Shown: positions 27,158 to 36,857 of the stretch, in pieces
Layout: every line of letters starts with the position of its first letter
Numbering within the stretch: position 1 is the first letter of the stretch
Assembly: GCA_007695365.1 (NCBI GenBank)
Contig: REDV01000070.1
Span: 13,546-77,545 of the forward strand
Length of the DNA stretch: 64,000 nt
Direction of reading: 5' to 3'
Source of the DNA: Cryomorphaceae bacterium
GTDB lineage: Bacteria; Bacteroidota; Bacteroidia; Flavobacteriales_D; SKUL01
Notes under the pieces: generated by a model
Told to the model about the DNA's origin: nothing
The model's database searches: none
What the model saw: the letters and a program-made list of their open reading frames with translations, nothing else
Translations under genes and position numbers: made by a program

Positions 27158-29539
27158 GTGCGCATTTTCAAGTTAATTTTGGTTATTGTCATATTGGTAA
27201 TCACCACTACAGTTGTTTCAATATGGCTGTATTTGGGAGGTTTACGTCCGGAGTTGAGTGGCTCAATGCGCATGCCGGCAATGACAAGCGGTGCCGATGT
27301 TTACTTTGATCCCTACGGCATTCCTCATATTTACGCAGAGAATGCAGCTGATGCGTACCGGATCCTGGGATTTGTGCATGCTCAGGACAGACTTTTTCAA
27401 ATGGATCTGCTTCGGAGGGTAGGAGGAGGGAGGTTGTCTGAATTTTTTGGTGAAGATGTCGTGGAAGTAGATATGCTCTTTCACACACTTGGAATTCCTG
27501 TTTACGCTGCCCAATCGGCTGGTGAGTTTGATTCAGCCCCGGAATCTCTGAGAGAGAATGTAACCGCATACCTGCAAGGTGTAAATCACTTTGTGGAAAC
27601 AGGTTTCACTCCCATTGAATACACCCTGGCCAGGCTTCCCAAAGAGACGTTTGATGTTCAGGATATGTACCAGATTGCGGGCTATATGGCATTCAGTTTT
27701 GCACTCGGTTTGAGAACTGAGCCCGTGGTTGAGTACATAACTACAATTTTGGGTAGTGAGTACCTGCGAGACCTCGCCTCACACCACGAGGATGGTATGC
27801 CACTCGCCCCCTCAGGACGAGAAGACGCCGATCTGCCCGTACTTTCGGTGTCTCTTCGCGAAAAGCTGGACAATCTGGCAATGCCATTGTTTGTGGGCAG
27901 CAACAACTGGGCGGTTTCCGGCAGCAAAACCGCGTCAGGAAAACCAATTCTTGCCAATGATACCCACATCCAATATTCGCAGCCTTCAACCTGGTACGAG
28001 GCACATCTGGAGTATCCGGGAGCCAGTCTCTACGGCAATTTTCTTGCAGGTATTCCTTTTGCATTGGTTGGACACAACCAGCATATTGCATGGGGCCTCA
28101 CTATGTTTGAGAACGACGACACCGATTTCTATTTCGAGACTTTTCACCCGGATGATTCAACGCTGGTACAAAGCAAAGACTCTCTTTGGGTACCGGTAAG
28201 TATCCGTAAAATTGACATTGCCGTTAAAAATGGCGATACGATACATTTTGAAGTGACTGAAACACCACGTGGTCCGCTTGTGCAATCGTTTTTCAGTCCT
28301 GAAGGTGAGCAAGCCGTATCGCTTTACTGGACCTATACTAAAAAGCCCAATCTGCTTCCAGAGGCCTTTTTTAACCTGAACCAAGCTGCCAAAATAGACG
28401 AAGCCCGCGATGCCGTTGCCAAAATTCATGCACCCGGTTTGAATATTGCTTATGCCGACACCGATAATAACATTGCGCTTTGGTCGGCTGCTTTGCTAAT
28501 TGAACGACCACCGCATGTCAATTCCAAGCGCATCCTTGACGGAGCCTCAGGAAAAGATGACCCCATTGGCTTTTACCCCTTCAGTGCCAACCCGCAGGTA
28601 GAAAACCCCGCTTCGGGGGTGGTGTATTCGGCCAACAGTCAGCATGATACTACCGAGGCCGGGGTGATTCATCCTGGCTACTATACTGCTCCCAACCGAA
28701 TGATGGCTATTCGTAACTGGCTCGAATCCGATAAAACGTGGAGCAAGGAAGATATGATGCCCATGATTACCGACCACGTTTCTGTAGAGGATCAAAAATT
28801 GGCCAAACACCTGTATTCTCTTTTGCTTGAGTCCGATGCCAGTCAGGAATTGAAAGACTTTTTTGCGCCTTTGTCGTTTTGGAGTGGTAGCCACTCCACT
28901 GTGTCATCGGAACCCGTATTGTACTATCCGGTAATCTATTACCTTCTCGAAAAGACATTTTTGGATTACCTCGGACATGAGCATTTCGAAACCTTTTTAT
29001 CAACACATCTCATGAAGCGAACCATCTACAAATTGTACTATCTGGATGAAAGTCCTTGGTTTGTAGAAGCTTTAACCAATGAACACCGAAACTTGCAAGA
29101 CATGGTGGTATTGGCATTCACTGCTGCTAAAGAACAACTTGAGCAACAATATCCCAACGGAAATACAGACGCCTGGGGCGATGTACATACACTTACCCAC
29201 CCGCATCCAATGGGAGTGCGGTGGCCGTTGGACAAACTTTTCAATGTGGGGCCGTTCGGTATAAGTGGCACCAATGAGAGCATTGATCAGCAGGGCTTTA
29301 GGTATACCAATAGCGGTCTTTACCCTGCAAAACACGGCCCTCAAATGCGCATTCTAATTGATCTTGGTGACATACATAATTCTTTGAGTGTGAACCCGAC
29401 CGGCCAATCAGGCAATATTTTCAGTCCGCATTACAGCGATCAGGCTGAGCTTTTTGCAACGCATCAATTCAGGCCGCAGCTCACCCACCGCGATTCTGTT
29501 CTGAAACATTCTCACCATCATCTCAGGGTTTCACCATGA
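27158..29539 (+). CDS. penicillin/AHL acylase family Ntn-hydrolase
   Basis: GIPHIYA, GFVHAQDRLFQMD, GSNNWAVSG (beta-subunit nucleophile Ser). Start moved to GTG 27158 (MRIFKLILVIVILVITTTVV anchor). The track N-terminus from 26960 runs through the repeat element and is not protein-like. Confidence 0.8.
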   Translation: MRIFKLILVIVILVITTTVVSIWLYLGGLRPELSGSMRMPAMTSGADVYFDPYGIPHIYAENAADAYRILGFVHAQDRLFQMDLLRRVGGGRLSEFFGEDVVEVDMLFHTLGIPVYAAQSAGEFDSAPESLRENVTAYLQGVNHFVETGFTPIEYTLARLPKETFDVQDMYQIAGYMAFSFALGLRTEPVVEYITTILGSEYLRDLASHHEDGMPLAPSGREDADLPVLSVSLREKLDNLAMPLFVGSNNWAVSGSKTASGKPILANDTHIQYSQPSTWYEAHLEYPGASLYGNFLAGIPFALVGHNQHIAWGLTMFENDDTDFYFETFHPDDSTLVQSKDSLWVPVSIRKIDIAVKNGDTIHFEVTETPRGPLVQSFFSPEGEQAVSLYWTYTKKPNLLPEAFFNLNQAAKIDEARDAVAKIHAPGLNIAYADTDNNIALWSAALLIERPPHVNSKRILDGASGKDDPIGFYPFSANPQVENPASGVVYSANSQHDTTEAGVIHPGYYTAPNRMMAIRNWLESDKTWSKEDMMPMITDHVSVEDQKLAKHLYSLLLESDASQELKDFFAPLSFWSGSHSTVSSEPVLYYPVIYYLLEKTFLDYLGHEHFETFLSTHLMKRTIYKLYYLDESPWFVEALTNEHRNLQDMVVLAFTAAKEQLEQQYPNGNTDAWGDVHTLTHPHPMGVRWPLDKLFNVGPFGISGTNESIDQQGFRYTNSGLYPAKHGPQMRILIDLGDIHNSLSVNPTGQSGNIFSPHYSDQAELFATHQFRPQLTHRDSVLKHSHHHLRVSP

Positions 29540-31209
29540 AGAAAAGCATCATTGTTTTATTGTGGGCAATGTTTCCTTTGATTGATGCCTTTGCGCAATG
29601 CAGCGTAAACAGGTACATCACTTCTCCTTTTGAAAGTGAGCGAACTATTGAAGACCTGGATTACCATTCGGCTCTTGCTCTTTCGGGCTTGTGCCTATCG
29701 GAGAGCAGCACGAGTTTTAGCGATTACGATCTGGATGTTTACGAGCCAGTGGGTGATGCTCTCAGTGCCAGGCCATGTATTGTGTTTGCACACGGGGGAT
29801 CTTTTCTGGCGGGAAACAAGCGCACCAACCCCGTACCCGATTATTGCCAACAAATGGCTCAGCGCGGCTTTGTGGTTTTTAGCATCAATTACCGAAAGTG
29901 CTTTAATCCCTTGTCAACCAATAGCGGTGTTCGGGCTGTGTATCGGGCAGTGCAGGACATGAAAGCGGCCATTCGTTTTGTAAAAGCCAATGCAAACTCT
30001 TTTGGGGTTGATACCGCTATGGTTTTTGCAGGAGGCAACAGCGCAGGAGCCATCATGGCTTTGCACGCGGCATACCTCGACGATTCAGAGCGAGCCGCAG
30101 ATTTACCGGCAACCTATATGAATCCTGACCTGGGTTGTTTAAACTGTGTAGGCTCCAATCAGCTATTTTTCGGCAAGCCAAAAGCTGTGATTAACCTTTG
30201 GGGAGCACTGGCAGATACTGCGTGGATTGCGGGCAGCAACAACTTTCCGGTTGTTTCCTTTCACGGAACGGCAGATAACGTGGTGTACTTCGATACGAAC
30301 CACCCATTTGATTTTCCGCTTTTTCCGGAGTTGATGGGCTCAGGACCGGTGCATCAGCGACTTGAAAATGCAGGTATCGAACAACTGCTTTTTACCCTGA
30401 AAGGGCAGGGGCATGAACCCTGGAATGAGCAGCCATACATGGATTTGATTGTGGAAGAATCGGCCCGCTTTCTCTACGATCAGTTTTTGAAACCGCCTAC
30501 GCCACAGCCCGTGTGGGACACGCTCGTTTGCCTCGGTAACCATACAACGGTTTGGTTTGATAGCGGGAGTGCTGAAGGTGCTAACTACTGTTTGGAATTG
30601 CCCGCAGTAACTGTTGCCGGCTACGGACCCGGGTCTGTTTCGCTCAATTTCAACGAACCCGGGATTTATGAGATGCTTATTTGGAGCAGAAACCAATGGA
30701 ACGCCCTGAGTGATACAGCCACTGTAACCTTTCATGTTGTTGCTCCACCTGAAGAATTTGAAATTGTACAAAGCGGCGACTCTTTGATGGCTCCGTCTCA
30801 ATTCGCATCCTATCAATGGCTTCTTGATGGTTTTCCTGTGCCTGAAGCCAATCAGGAGTTTTGGATTGCTGAATCTTCGGGGTCTTATCAGGTGTGGGTT
30901 GAAGATTCGGCAGGATGTAATGTTACAAGTCTTCCAATGGACGTTGTGATAACCGGTATTCATCAGGGCATTTCAACTTTGAAGGTGTATCCCAACCCCT
31001 TCACCGGAATACTGTTTTTGGAAGGCGCTGAAGCCGAAGAGGTGAAGTTGCTCCTTTATGATGTGGAGGGTAGGGAAGTGCTTGCGCGGAATGGTTTTCT
31101 ACCAATGCACCTGGATGCCGGCATGCTTCCGGCAGGGATTTACTTCTTGCGCGTTGAAACAAGGCATGGGCTGGAAGTTCGCAGACTTGTAAAAACTGCC
31201 GGTAATTGA
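29536..31209 (+). CDS. secreted alpha/beta-hydrolase (carbohydrate/carboxyl esterase-like) with T9SS type A sorting domain
   Basis: ATGA overlap with the acylase gene. Signal peptide. HGGSFLAG oxyanion region, GGNSAGA nucleophile elbow. C-terminal VYPNPFTG...GIYFLRV. Confidence 0.75.
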   Translation: MKKSIIVLLWAMFPLIDAFAQCSVNRYITSPFESERTIEDLDYHSALALSGLCLSESSTSFSDYDLDVYEPVGDALSARPCIVFAHGGSFLAGNKRTNPVPDYCQQMAQRGFVVFSINYRKCFNPLSTNSGVRAVYRAVQDMKAAIRFVKANANSFGVDTAMVFAGGNSAGAIMALHAAYLDDSERAADLPATYMNPDLGCLNCVGSNQLFFGKPKAVINLWGALADTAWIAGSNNFPVVSFHGTADNVVYFDTNHPFDFPLFPELMGSGPVHQRLENAGIEQLLFTLKGQGHEPWNEQPYMDLIVEESARFLYDQFLKPPTPQPVWDTLVCLGNHTTVWFDSGSAEGANYCLELPAVTVAGYGPGSVSLNFNEPGIYEMLIWSRNQWNALSDTATVTFHVVAPPEEFEIVQSGDSLMAPSQFASYQWLLDGFPVPEANQEFWIAESSGSYQVWVEDSAGCNVTSLPMDVVITGIHQGISTLKVYPNPFTGILFLEGAEAEEVKLLLYDVEGREVLARNGFLPMHLDAGMLPAGIYFLRVETRHGLEVRRLVKTAGN

Positions 31210-31241
31210 GTATAGAACCTTGCGCCCTAAGTGAATTTCGA

Positions 31242-31249
31242 TATTTTTG
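31242..31249 (+). promoter_or_regulatory. -7 promoter box TATTTTTG
   Basis: Perfect motif. It lies inside the track ORF N-terminus (GTG 31231) and 27 nt upstream of TTG 31276. Confidence 0.4.
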
Positions 31250-31275
31250 TAATACCTAACCAACACAAGCTGACA

Positions 31276-31914
31276 TTGAAAAAGCTTAGTTTGCTCACGC
31301 TACTCATTTGCTTGAGTTTCTCGCTTCCTGCGCAACTCGAAACCATTCCCTCAAAGGAAGAAATCACAGCCTATCAAAAAGAAACGGCTGCTGCTCACAG
31401 AAATGCCGGGGCTCAGTTTTTTGCTGATGAACTTTACGAGGATGCCATCAAGGAATTTACCAAGGCACTAGAAATAAATCCGTACGATAGATTGGCATGG
31501 TACAACCGGGCTGTGAGCAAGGCAAGAATGGATAACAAAGAGGGGGCAATTCGCGATTTGGGCGAAGTGCTCAAACTCGAACCGGGTTTTGTAGCAGCTT
31601 TCTATTACCGGGCTACACTGTATTATGAAGATGAAGAATTCAAACGCTCACGAGCAGATTTCAACTCCATTATTTCGCTTCGCCCCCATGATGCGCTCAT
31701 GTATCGTAAACGAGGTACCGTTAAATACCAGATGAACGACAAAAACGGTGCGCTTCGCGATTACAATGAGGCCATAGTGCTGAACCCCACTGATCCCATC
31801 GCCTTTCATGACCGCGGCATAACAAGGCAATACCTCGGTGATAAAAAAGGCGCAAAGTCTGATTTCGATATGGCCAAAGAATTGGAGTTAAAGGAGACTT
31901 TGCGCACGAAATGA
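31276..31914 (+). CDS. secreted tetratricopeptide-repeat protein
   Basis: The TTG 31276 start gives the canonical signal MKKLSLLTLLICLSFSLPAQ. Four to five TPR units (A..Y.RA......AI.D...AL.L.P). Confidence 0.7.
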   Translation: MKKLSLLTLLICLSFSLPAQLETIPSKEEITAYQKETAAAHRNAGAQFFADELYEDAIKEFTKALEINPYDRLAWYNRAVSKARMDNKEGAIRDLGEVLKLEPGFVAAFYYRATLYYEDEEFKRSRADFNSIISLRPHDALMYRKRGTVKYQMNDKNGALRDYNEAIVLNPTDPIAFHDRGITRQYLGDKKGAKSDFDMAKELELKETLRTK

Positions 31915-31917
31915 TTT

Positions 31918-31952
31918 CGTGAGGTGCAAACAACCTATTTTTGTTCCTCACG
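31918..31952 (+). terminator. hairpin after the TPR gene; its loop and 3' arm carry the next promoter box
   Basis: CGTGAGG (31918-31924) and CCTCACG (31946-31952), with additional internal pairs. Confidence 0.4.
31936..31943 (+). promoter_or_regulatory. -7 promoter box TATTTTTG
   Basis: Perfect motif 48 nt upstream of ATG 31991. Confidence 0.4.
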
Positions 31953-31990
31953 TCAACAACTCTTAGAACATCAGACTGGATATCCCCGAT

Positions 31991-34642
31991 ATGAAATTGA
32001 ATAAGACGAGTGGCCTGATTTTGCTTTTGACGCTTTTTAGTCAACCGTTTTTTGCTCAGGTTTTTACCGAAAATAACCTTACAGTTGAAGAGTATGTGCA
32101 AACGGTTCTCCTGGGAGAGGGAGTTGAGGTTTCGAATATTACCTACAACGGAGCCCCGGCAAATACAGTGCAGACCCGGGTTGGACTGGTCAATGGTGAA
32201 AATTCCAATTTCTATTTTGACGAAGCCTTTATGATGGCTACGCGCAACATTAGTATAGCGTCTTGCGAACCCGAGGACTTTCCAGGAGGTGGACCGGGCG
32301 TTGATGCGGATCTGTCTCAAATTGCCGGGCAAAATTTGCAGGACGTGACAGTGGTGGAGTTTGATTTTGTGCCTCAGGGAGATACGGTGAGTTTCAATTT
32401 TGTTTTCGCGTCCAGAGAGTACAGCGGTTTTGTGTGCTCTTCCTTCAACGATGTGTTTGGGTTCTTTCTAAGTGGTCCCGGGATTACCGGACCCTATAGT
32501 AACAACGCCATGAATATTGCATTGCTGCCAGATGGGGTGACGCCTGTGACAATCAATAATGTAAACAATGGGGCCAATGATTTCTTCGGAGGAGGAACCG
32601 GCCAGCCGTGTAGCTTTGGCGGTAACAATTGTCCATGTAATCCGCAGTATTTTACAGACAATGGGAGCGGAAATGGTACAGATCTTCATTCGGATATGTG
32701 CTTTGGGGGTTACACCGTGCCCCTTCAGGCCATTGCTTTGGTAGAATGCGGCCTTACGTACCACATTAAACTGGCTATTGCCAACGCTGTTGACGGTGCA
32801 CTGCAGTCGGCTGTATTTCTTGAGGCAGGCAGCTTTGCGAGCAGTTCTTTGATTACAGTGGACCTTCAGATTGACGCCGGCCTCAACGACAGCACATTGG
32901 TAGAAGGATGTGGAGGAGCTACATTGACATTTGAACGTCAGCTCGATAATGTAGAGCAGGTCATCTATCTTACGATGGAAGGAGATGCCACCAACGGTGT
33001 GGATTATACCCTGATCCCTGATAGTATTGTCTTCCCGGTAGGAGTGACGGAGGTATCAATATTTGTTGAGGCTTTTCACGACGGAATTGTAGAAGGCCTG
33101 GAGTCGGTAATCATAATCATTGAAAATGAGAATGTGTGTGGGGGCGAAAACCTACAATCCATATTCACCTTCTATATTGACGAGTACGACCCTTTAGAAG
33201 TCATCTCACACGATGGGTTTATTGATTGCGGCGAACCCATTGACCTGATACCCGAGGCAACAGGAGGAAGCCCGCCTCTCAATTACCTCTGGAGCACAGG
33301 TGAAACATCCGAAACCATTACGGTTGCTCCCATCGAGAACACCACTTACACGCTGACTGTTACGGACTCATGCGGGCTGTATGAGGAAACAGTAGAGTTT
33401 TTCGTTGAAGTTCCACAATTTGATGAGCTTGCCGTGGATATTGGCCCGGATTGGACGCTGACCTGTATTACGCCCGTTCTCATTGAGCCCGACATTACCG
33501 GTGGTTCAGGAGATTTTGTCTTTGAGTGGTTCCAAAACGGCCAGTTTGTAAACAACAACCTGGTTTGGGATGTGCTTCCAGAAGGAGAAGGGATGCTCGT
33601 TTTCAGGGTTACCGATCATTGCGGAAACACAGACTCAGATACATTGTACTACGAAACCCCGCCCGTAGAAATAACTGTAGACCTCGGTGACGACTATTTT
33701 GCGTCTTGTATAGATGTTACATCTATCACCGGACTGTACTCAGGCGGAGTAGGAGAGTATACCTTTCAGTGGTATGTAAATGGCCAGCCGTACAGCACGC
33801 TTCCTGCGATCGGCTTTCAGTCCCTCATTACCAGTGAAATCATATTTGAGGTTACAGACGAGTGTGGTAATGTGGGCACCGATGTCGTGATTGTTTTCAT
33901 CCCTAATATTCCCTTGGAACTAAGCATATCGCCGGATACTACTATTTGTCTGGGAGACAGAGCGCATTTGCTGGCCGAAGCAACAGGAGGTGAAGGTGGG
34001 TTTACATACCAATGGTCAAACGGACAAACCTCACCGGGCATTCAGGTAATACCCAATGATACCACAACCTATACTGTTGTGGCTACGGATATATGTGGAA
34101 TTACCATAGGTGGCTCAACAACCGTCAATACTACTTCGGTTCACGCTGAGTTTACCATTGATTTTGTCGGAACCAACGGAGCAAGTTTTCAAAACCTGAG
34201 CACCCCTGATGTCAACTATCTCTGGCATTTCGGCGATGGAAACAAAAGCCGGGAGTTTGAGCCAATCCATGAGTACTACTTCGATGGCAATTACTACATT
34301 AGCCTTTACGTTACTGATTCACTGGGTTGCAGCGATCTCTTTGCCATGGAGTACAATCCGCCCATGTTCCTGTACATCCCCAATGCGTTTACTCCGAACA
34401 ATGACGGAATCAATGAACTCTTCAAAGCGCAAGGAGTAGGTATCAAGTCCTTTGAGATGTCGATCTGGAACCGTCAGGGTGAGCGTCTTTTCCACACCAC
34501 CAACATCAATGAAGGTTGGAATGGAAGCATGAATGGCAGCAGCTATTTCGTTCCGGATGGTGTGTATGTGGTGAAGTACAAGGCCGAAACTTTTGATGGA
34601 CAAAAGGTTGAGAACACCGGTCACGTCACTGTTGTTCGATAG
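31991..34642 (+). CDS. surface protein: choice-of-anchor-L-like N-domain, SprB-type repeats, T9SS type B (gliding-motility) C-terminal domain
   Basis: Signal peptide. EEYVQTVLLGEGVEVSNITYNG. Repeated TGG..P..Y.W / TVTD.CG units. C-terminal IPNAFTPNNDGINELF...W.G. Confidence 0.8.
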   Translation: MKLNKTSGLILLLTLFSQPFFAQVFTENNLTVEEYVQTVLLGEGVEVSNITYNGAPANTVQTRVGLVNGENSNFYFDEAFMMATRNISIASCEPEDFPGGGPGVDADLSQIAGQNLQDVTVVEFDFVPQGDTVSFNFVFASREYSGFVCSSFNDVFGFFLSGPGITGPYSNNAMNIALLPDGVTPVTINNVNNGANDFFGGGTGQPCSFGGNNCPCNPQYFTDNGSGNGTDLHSDMCFGGYTVPLQAIALVECGLTYHIKLAIANAVDGALQSAVFLEAGSFASSSLITVDLQIDAGLNDSTLVEGCGGATLTFERQLDNVEQVIYLTMEGDATNGVDYTLIPDSIVFPVGVTEVSIFVEAFHDGIVEGLESVIIIIENENVCGGENLQSIFTFYIDEYDPLEVISHDGFIDCGEPIDLIPEATGGSPPLNYLWSTGETSETITVAPIENTTYTLTVTDSCGLYEETVEFFVEVPQFDELAVDIGPDWTLTCITPVLIEPDITGGSGDFVFEWFQNGQFVNNNLVWDVLPEGEGMLVFRVTDHCGNTDSDTLYYETPPVEITVDLGDDYFASCIDVTSITGLYSGGVGEYTFQWYVNGQPYSTLPAIGFQSLITSEIIFEVTDECGNVGTDVVIVFIPNIPLELSISPDTTICLGDRAHLLAEATGGEGGFTYQWSNGQTSPGIQVIPNDTTTYTVVATDICGITIGGSTTVNTTSVHAEFTIDFVGTNGASFQNLSTPDVNYLWHFGDGNKSREFEPIHEYYFDGNYYISLYVTDSLGCSDLFAMEYNPPMFLYIPNAFTPNNDGINELFKAQGVGIKSFEMSIWNRQGERLFHTTNINEGWNGSMNGSSYFVPDGVYVVKYKAETFDGQKVENTGHVTVVR

Positions 34643-34659
34643 GCATTTTTACATACCTT

Positions 34660-34850
34660 AGCCCCGGCTTTTGGTTCTGAAGGAAGCTTCCGCCTCCCGA
34701 AGATTAAAAGGGAATCCGGTGTAAATCCGGAACTGTTCCCGCAGCTGTATTTCTCGCTAAAAGTTTTCGCAACTTTTGTCCACTGTCCAAATGGTAGGAT
34801 GGGAAGGACGCGAAAACCGAGATAAGTCAGAAGACCTGCCAAAGCCCGAA
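34660..34850 (+). promoter_or_regulatory. cobalamin (AdoCbl) riboswitch
   Basis: AAAAGGGAATCCGGTGTAAATCCGGAACTGTTCCCGCAGCTGTA core, GTCCACTG....GGGAAGGAC, and B12 box AGTCAGAAGACCTGCC. P1-like pairing GGCTTTTGG/CCAAAGCC. Lies upstream of a TonB-dependent receptor. Confidence 0.85.
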
Positions 34851-34940
34851 CATAAACTGCAAACTTTCGGGTAAAAAGTTGGTAGGTAGGTTGAGGTTTT
34901 CTCTCAATAGGCCTTGCTTTTTATCCTGATCTCGAATACG

Positions 34941-36857
34941 ATGGTCAGGTATTTTTTTGGGTATTGGTTGATATGGATGGCTTTTCCTGCGTGGTCGCAC
35001 ACAGGTGATACCCTCCGGCTTCCCGTTTTTGAGAAAACTGCACTTCGCCTGGCCCAAACCAAGCCTTTTGTTTTTCTTTATCAGGCAGATTCTGCAACGC
35101 TCGACTTTTACCGGCAGGGAGATATTTCAATGCTGATCGGGCAAACCACGCCGATGATGATGCGCACATATGGCCCCGGGTTCTCAGCTTCGGTGTCTTC
35201 ACGCGGACTGGCAACAGCACATACCGGACTCTACTGGAATGACATCAATCTTCAGTCGCCCACCACAGGTATTGCCGACATTTCACTTATTCCGGCAGCC
35301 TTTGTTGACCACATTTCCTTTACCGCCGGTGGAGCCTCCAGCACGATGGGTAGTGGTCTGCTGGGCGGAGGTATTCACTTGAATCCTCAAAGTTCACTTG
35401 AAAAGGATTACAACGTATCGTTAAACAATACCTTCACATCCCTTGGCAACGCAGAAACCGCTGCCACCTTGCATTTCGCGAATGACCATCTGGTTTCCGA
35501 AACCCGCGTGCTGTACAGCTATGCGCAAAACCGTTTCGAATACGTTAATCATGCTCGTCGCGACAAACCATTGAACACCCGCGAAAACAATGCATTTGAG
35601 CAATACGGCCTCACACAAAACTTGCAGCGCCGCTTTGGTAAGCACAAACTGGAATTTTCGTTGTGGGCACTCGAAACGTGGCGTGAACTTCCACCAAGCC
35701 TTACTTCATCGTACGACGGAGCCTACCAGCAAGACCTGAATTTCAGGGCGCAGCTGGCAGCTCATCTGCACTATGGAAATTGGAATGCGCGCATCCAGGG
35801 AGCATTTCTACACGATGAAATGCTTTTCCGGAATGACATGGGAGTGAACTCATTCATTTACTCTCAAACTGCGCTGATCAATGCAGACTTCAATGGCCTT
35901 ATTGGAGATAATTGGGAATGGCGGGCAGGCAGTCAAAACTCGTTTCAGGAGGCATTGGCCGAAAACAACTACGTACAGCGACACCCATTGTTTAACGCGG
36001 CTATTTATGCAGGGTTGACCCATCACGCATCCAACAGGAAATGGACCCAAAACCTGCAGCTCAGGCAGGATTTCTACAGCGGCTACCAACATCCTTTTTC
36101 GCCGTCCTACAGTGTCTCATTCATGCCTTCTTCGCGCCTTCATTGGAGCGCGAGCGCTGGCAGGAATTTTCGAATTCCCGGATTTAACGACCGGTTTTGG
36201 ATGCCCGGCGGCAATCCTGATTTGCCACCCGAAGACGCCTGGAGCATGCAATCGGGGCCTGAAATTCACCTCCTGAAACGCAAGGATGGTAAGGGAGAAT
36301 GGACGATGCAGGTATTGGCATTCTACAATTGGGTGAACAACTGGATTCAGTGGATTCCAACTGGAAACTATTGGGGAGCCGTGAGCTACAAGTCTGTGGT
36401 TTCTCAAGGAATCAATGCCCGCACTACCTATCGGCTTCAACTTGAGCGATGGGTTCTCAGTGCTTCAGCTGATTATGCTTTCACCGATGCGCGAAATGAC
36501 GACACCCCATTTAACGATGCAATTCGGGGAGAAGTATTACCACACATTCCAAAACACAAGGCAAACGCAATGTTGACGCTGGGGTGGAAGAACTGGTCTT
36601 TCTATGCAGATGGCTCATACACCGGAAGTAGGTTCATCACACCCACCGGTAGCCGCACGCTTCCGGCGTTTTGGCTCGTTCACTCGGGTCTGTCTTGGAA
36701 AGGCAATGTGAACCGGGTACAAGCCATTATGAGGCTTCGGGTTCACAATCTTTTCAATCACGATTACCAAATTATGCCATGGATGCCCATGCCCCTACGG
36801 CATTATTCGGCTTCACTCGAAATCAGAATTTTAAAACCAAAAAAGAACAAATCATGA
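34941..36857 (+). CDS. btuB: TonB-dependent receptor, probable corrinoid transporter
   Basis: Plug-like N-terminus plus a long beta-barrel with alternating pattern. It is directly controlled by the cobalamin riboswitch. ATG 34941 is preferred over TTG 34914. Confidence 0.75.
   Translation: MVRYFFGYWLIWMAFPAWSHTGDTLRLPVFEKTALRLAQTKPFVFLYQADSATLDFYRQGDISMLIGQTTPMMMRTYGPGFSASVSSRGLATAHTGLYWNDINLQSPTTGIADISLIPAAFVDHISFTAGGASSTMGSGLLGGGIHLNPQSSLEKDYNVSLNNTFTSLGNAETAATLHFANDHLVSETRVLYSYAQNRFEYVNHARRDKPLNTRENNAFEQYGLTQNLQRRFGKHKLEFSLWALETWRELPPSLTSSYDGAYQQDLNFRAQLAAHLHYGNWNARIQGAFLHDEMLFRNDMGVNSFIYSQTALINADFNGLIGDNWEWRAGSQNSFQEALAENNYVQRHPLFNAAIYAGLTHHASNRKWTQNLQLRQDFYSGYQHPFSPSYSVSFMPSSRLHWSASAGRNFRIPGFNDRFWMPGGNPDLPPEDAWSMQSGPEIHLLKRKDGKGEWTMQVLAFYNWVNNWIQWIPTGNYWGAVSYKSVVSQGINARTTYRLQLERWVLSASADYAFTDARNDDTPFNDAIRGEVLPHIPKHKANAMLTLGWKNWSFYADGSYTGSRFITPTGSRTLPAFWLVHSGLSWKGNVNRVQAIMRLRVHNLFNHDYQIMPWMPMPLRHYSASLEIRILKPKKNKS

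Noticed and set aside
30340-30963. 207-aa minus-strand ORF
   Set aside because: It is antisense to the esterase gene, whose catalytic motifs and T9SS domain establish the plus frame.
31721-32332. 203-aa minus-strand ORF spanning an intergenic region
   Set aside because: It runs antisense across the end of the TPR gene, a terminator/promoter region, and the start of the 883-aa gene. It is not protein-like.
36671-36853. N-terminal extension of the track ORF 36671..37915
   Set aside because: It lies inside the TonB-dependent receptor gene in another frame. ATG 36854 gives a classical lipoprotein signal.
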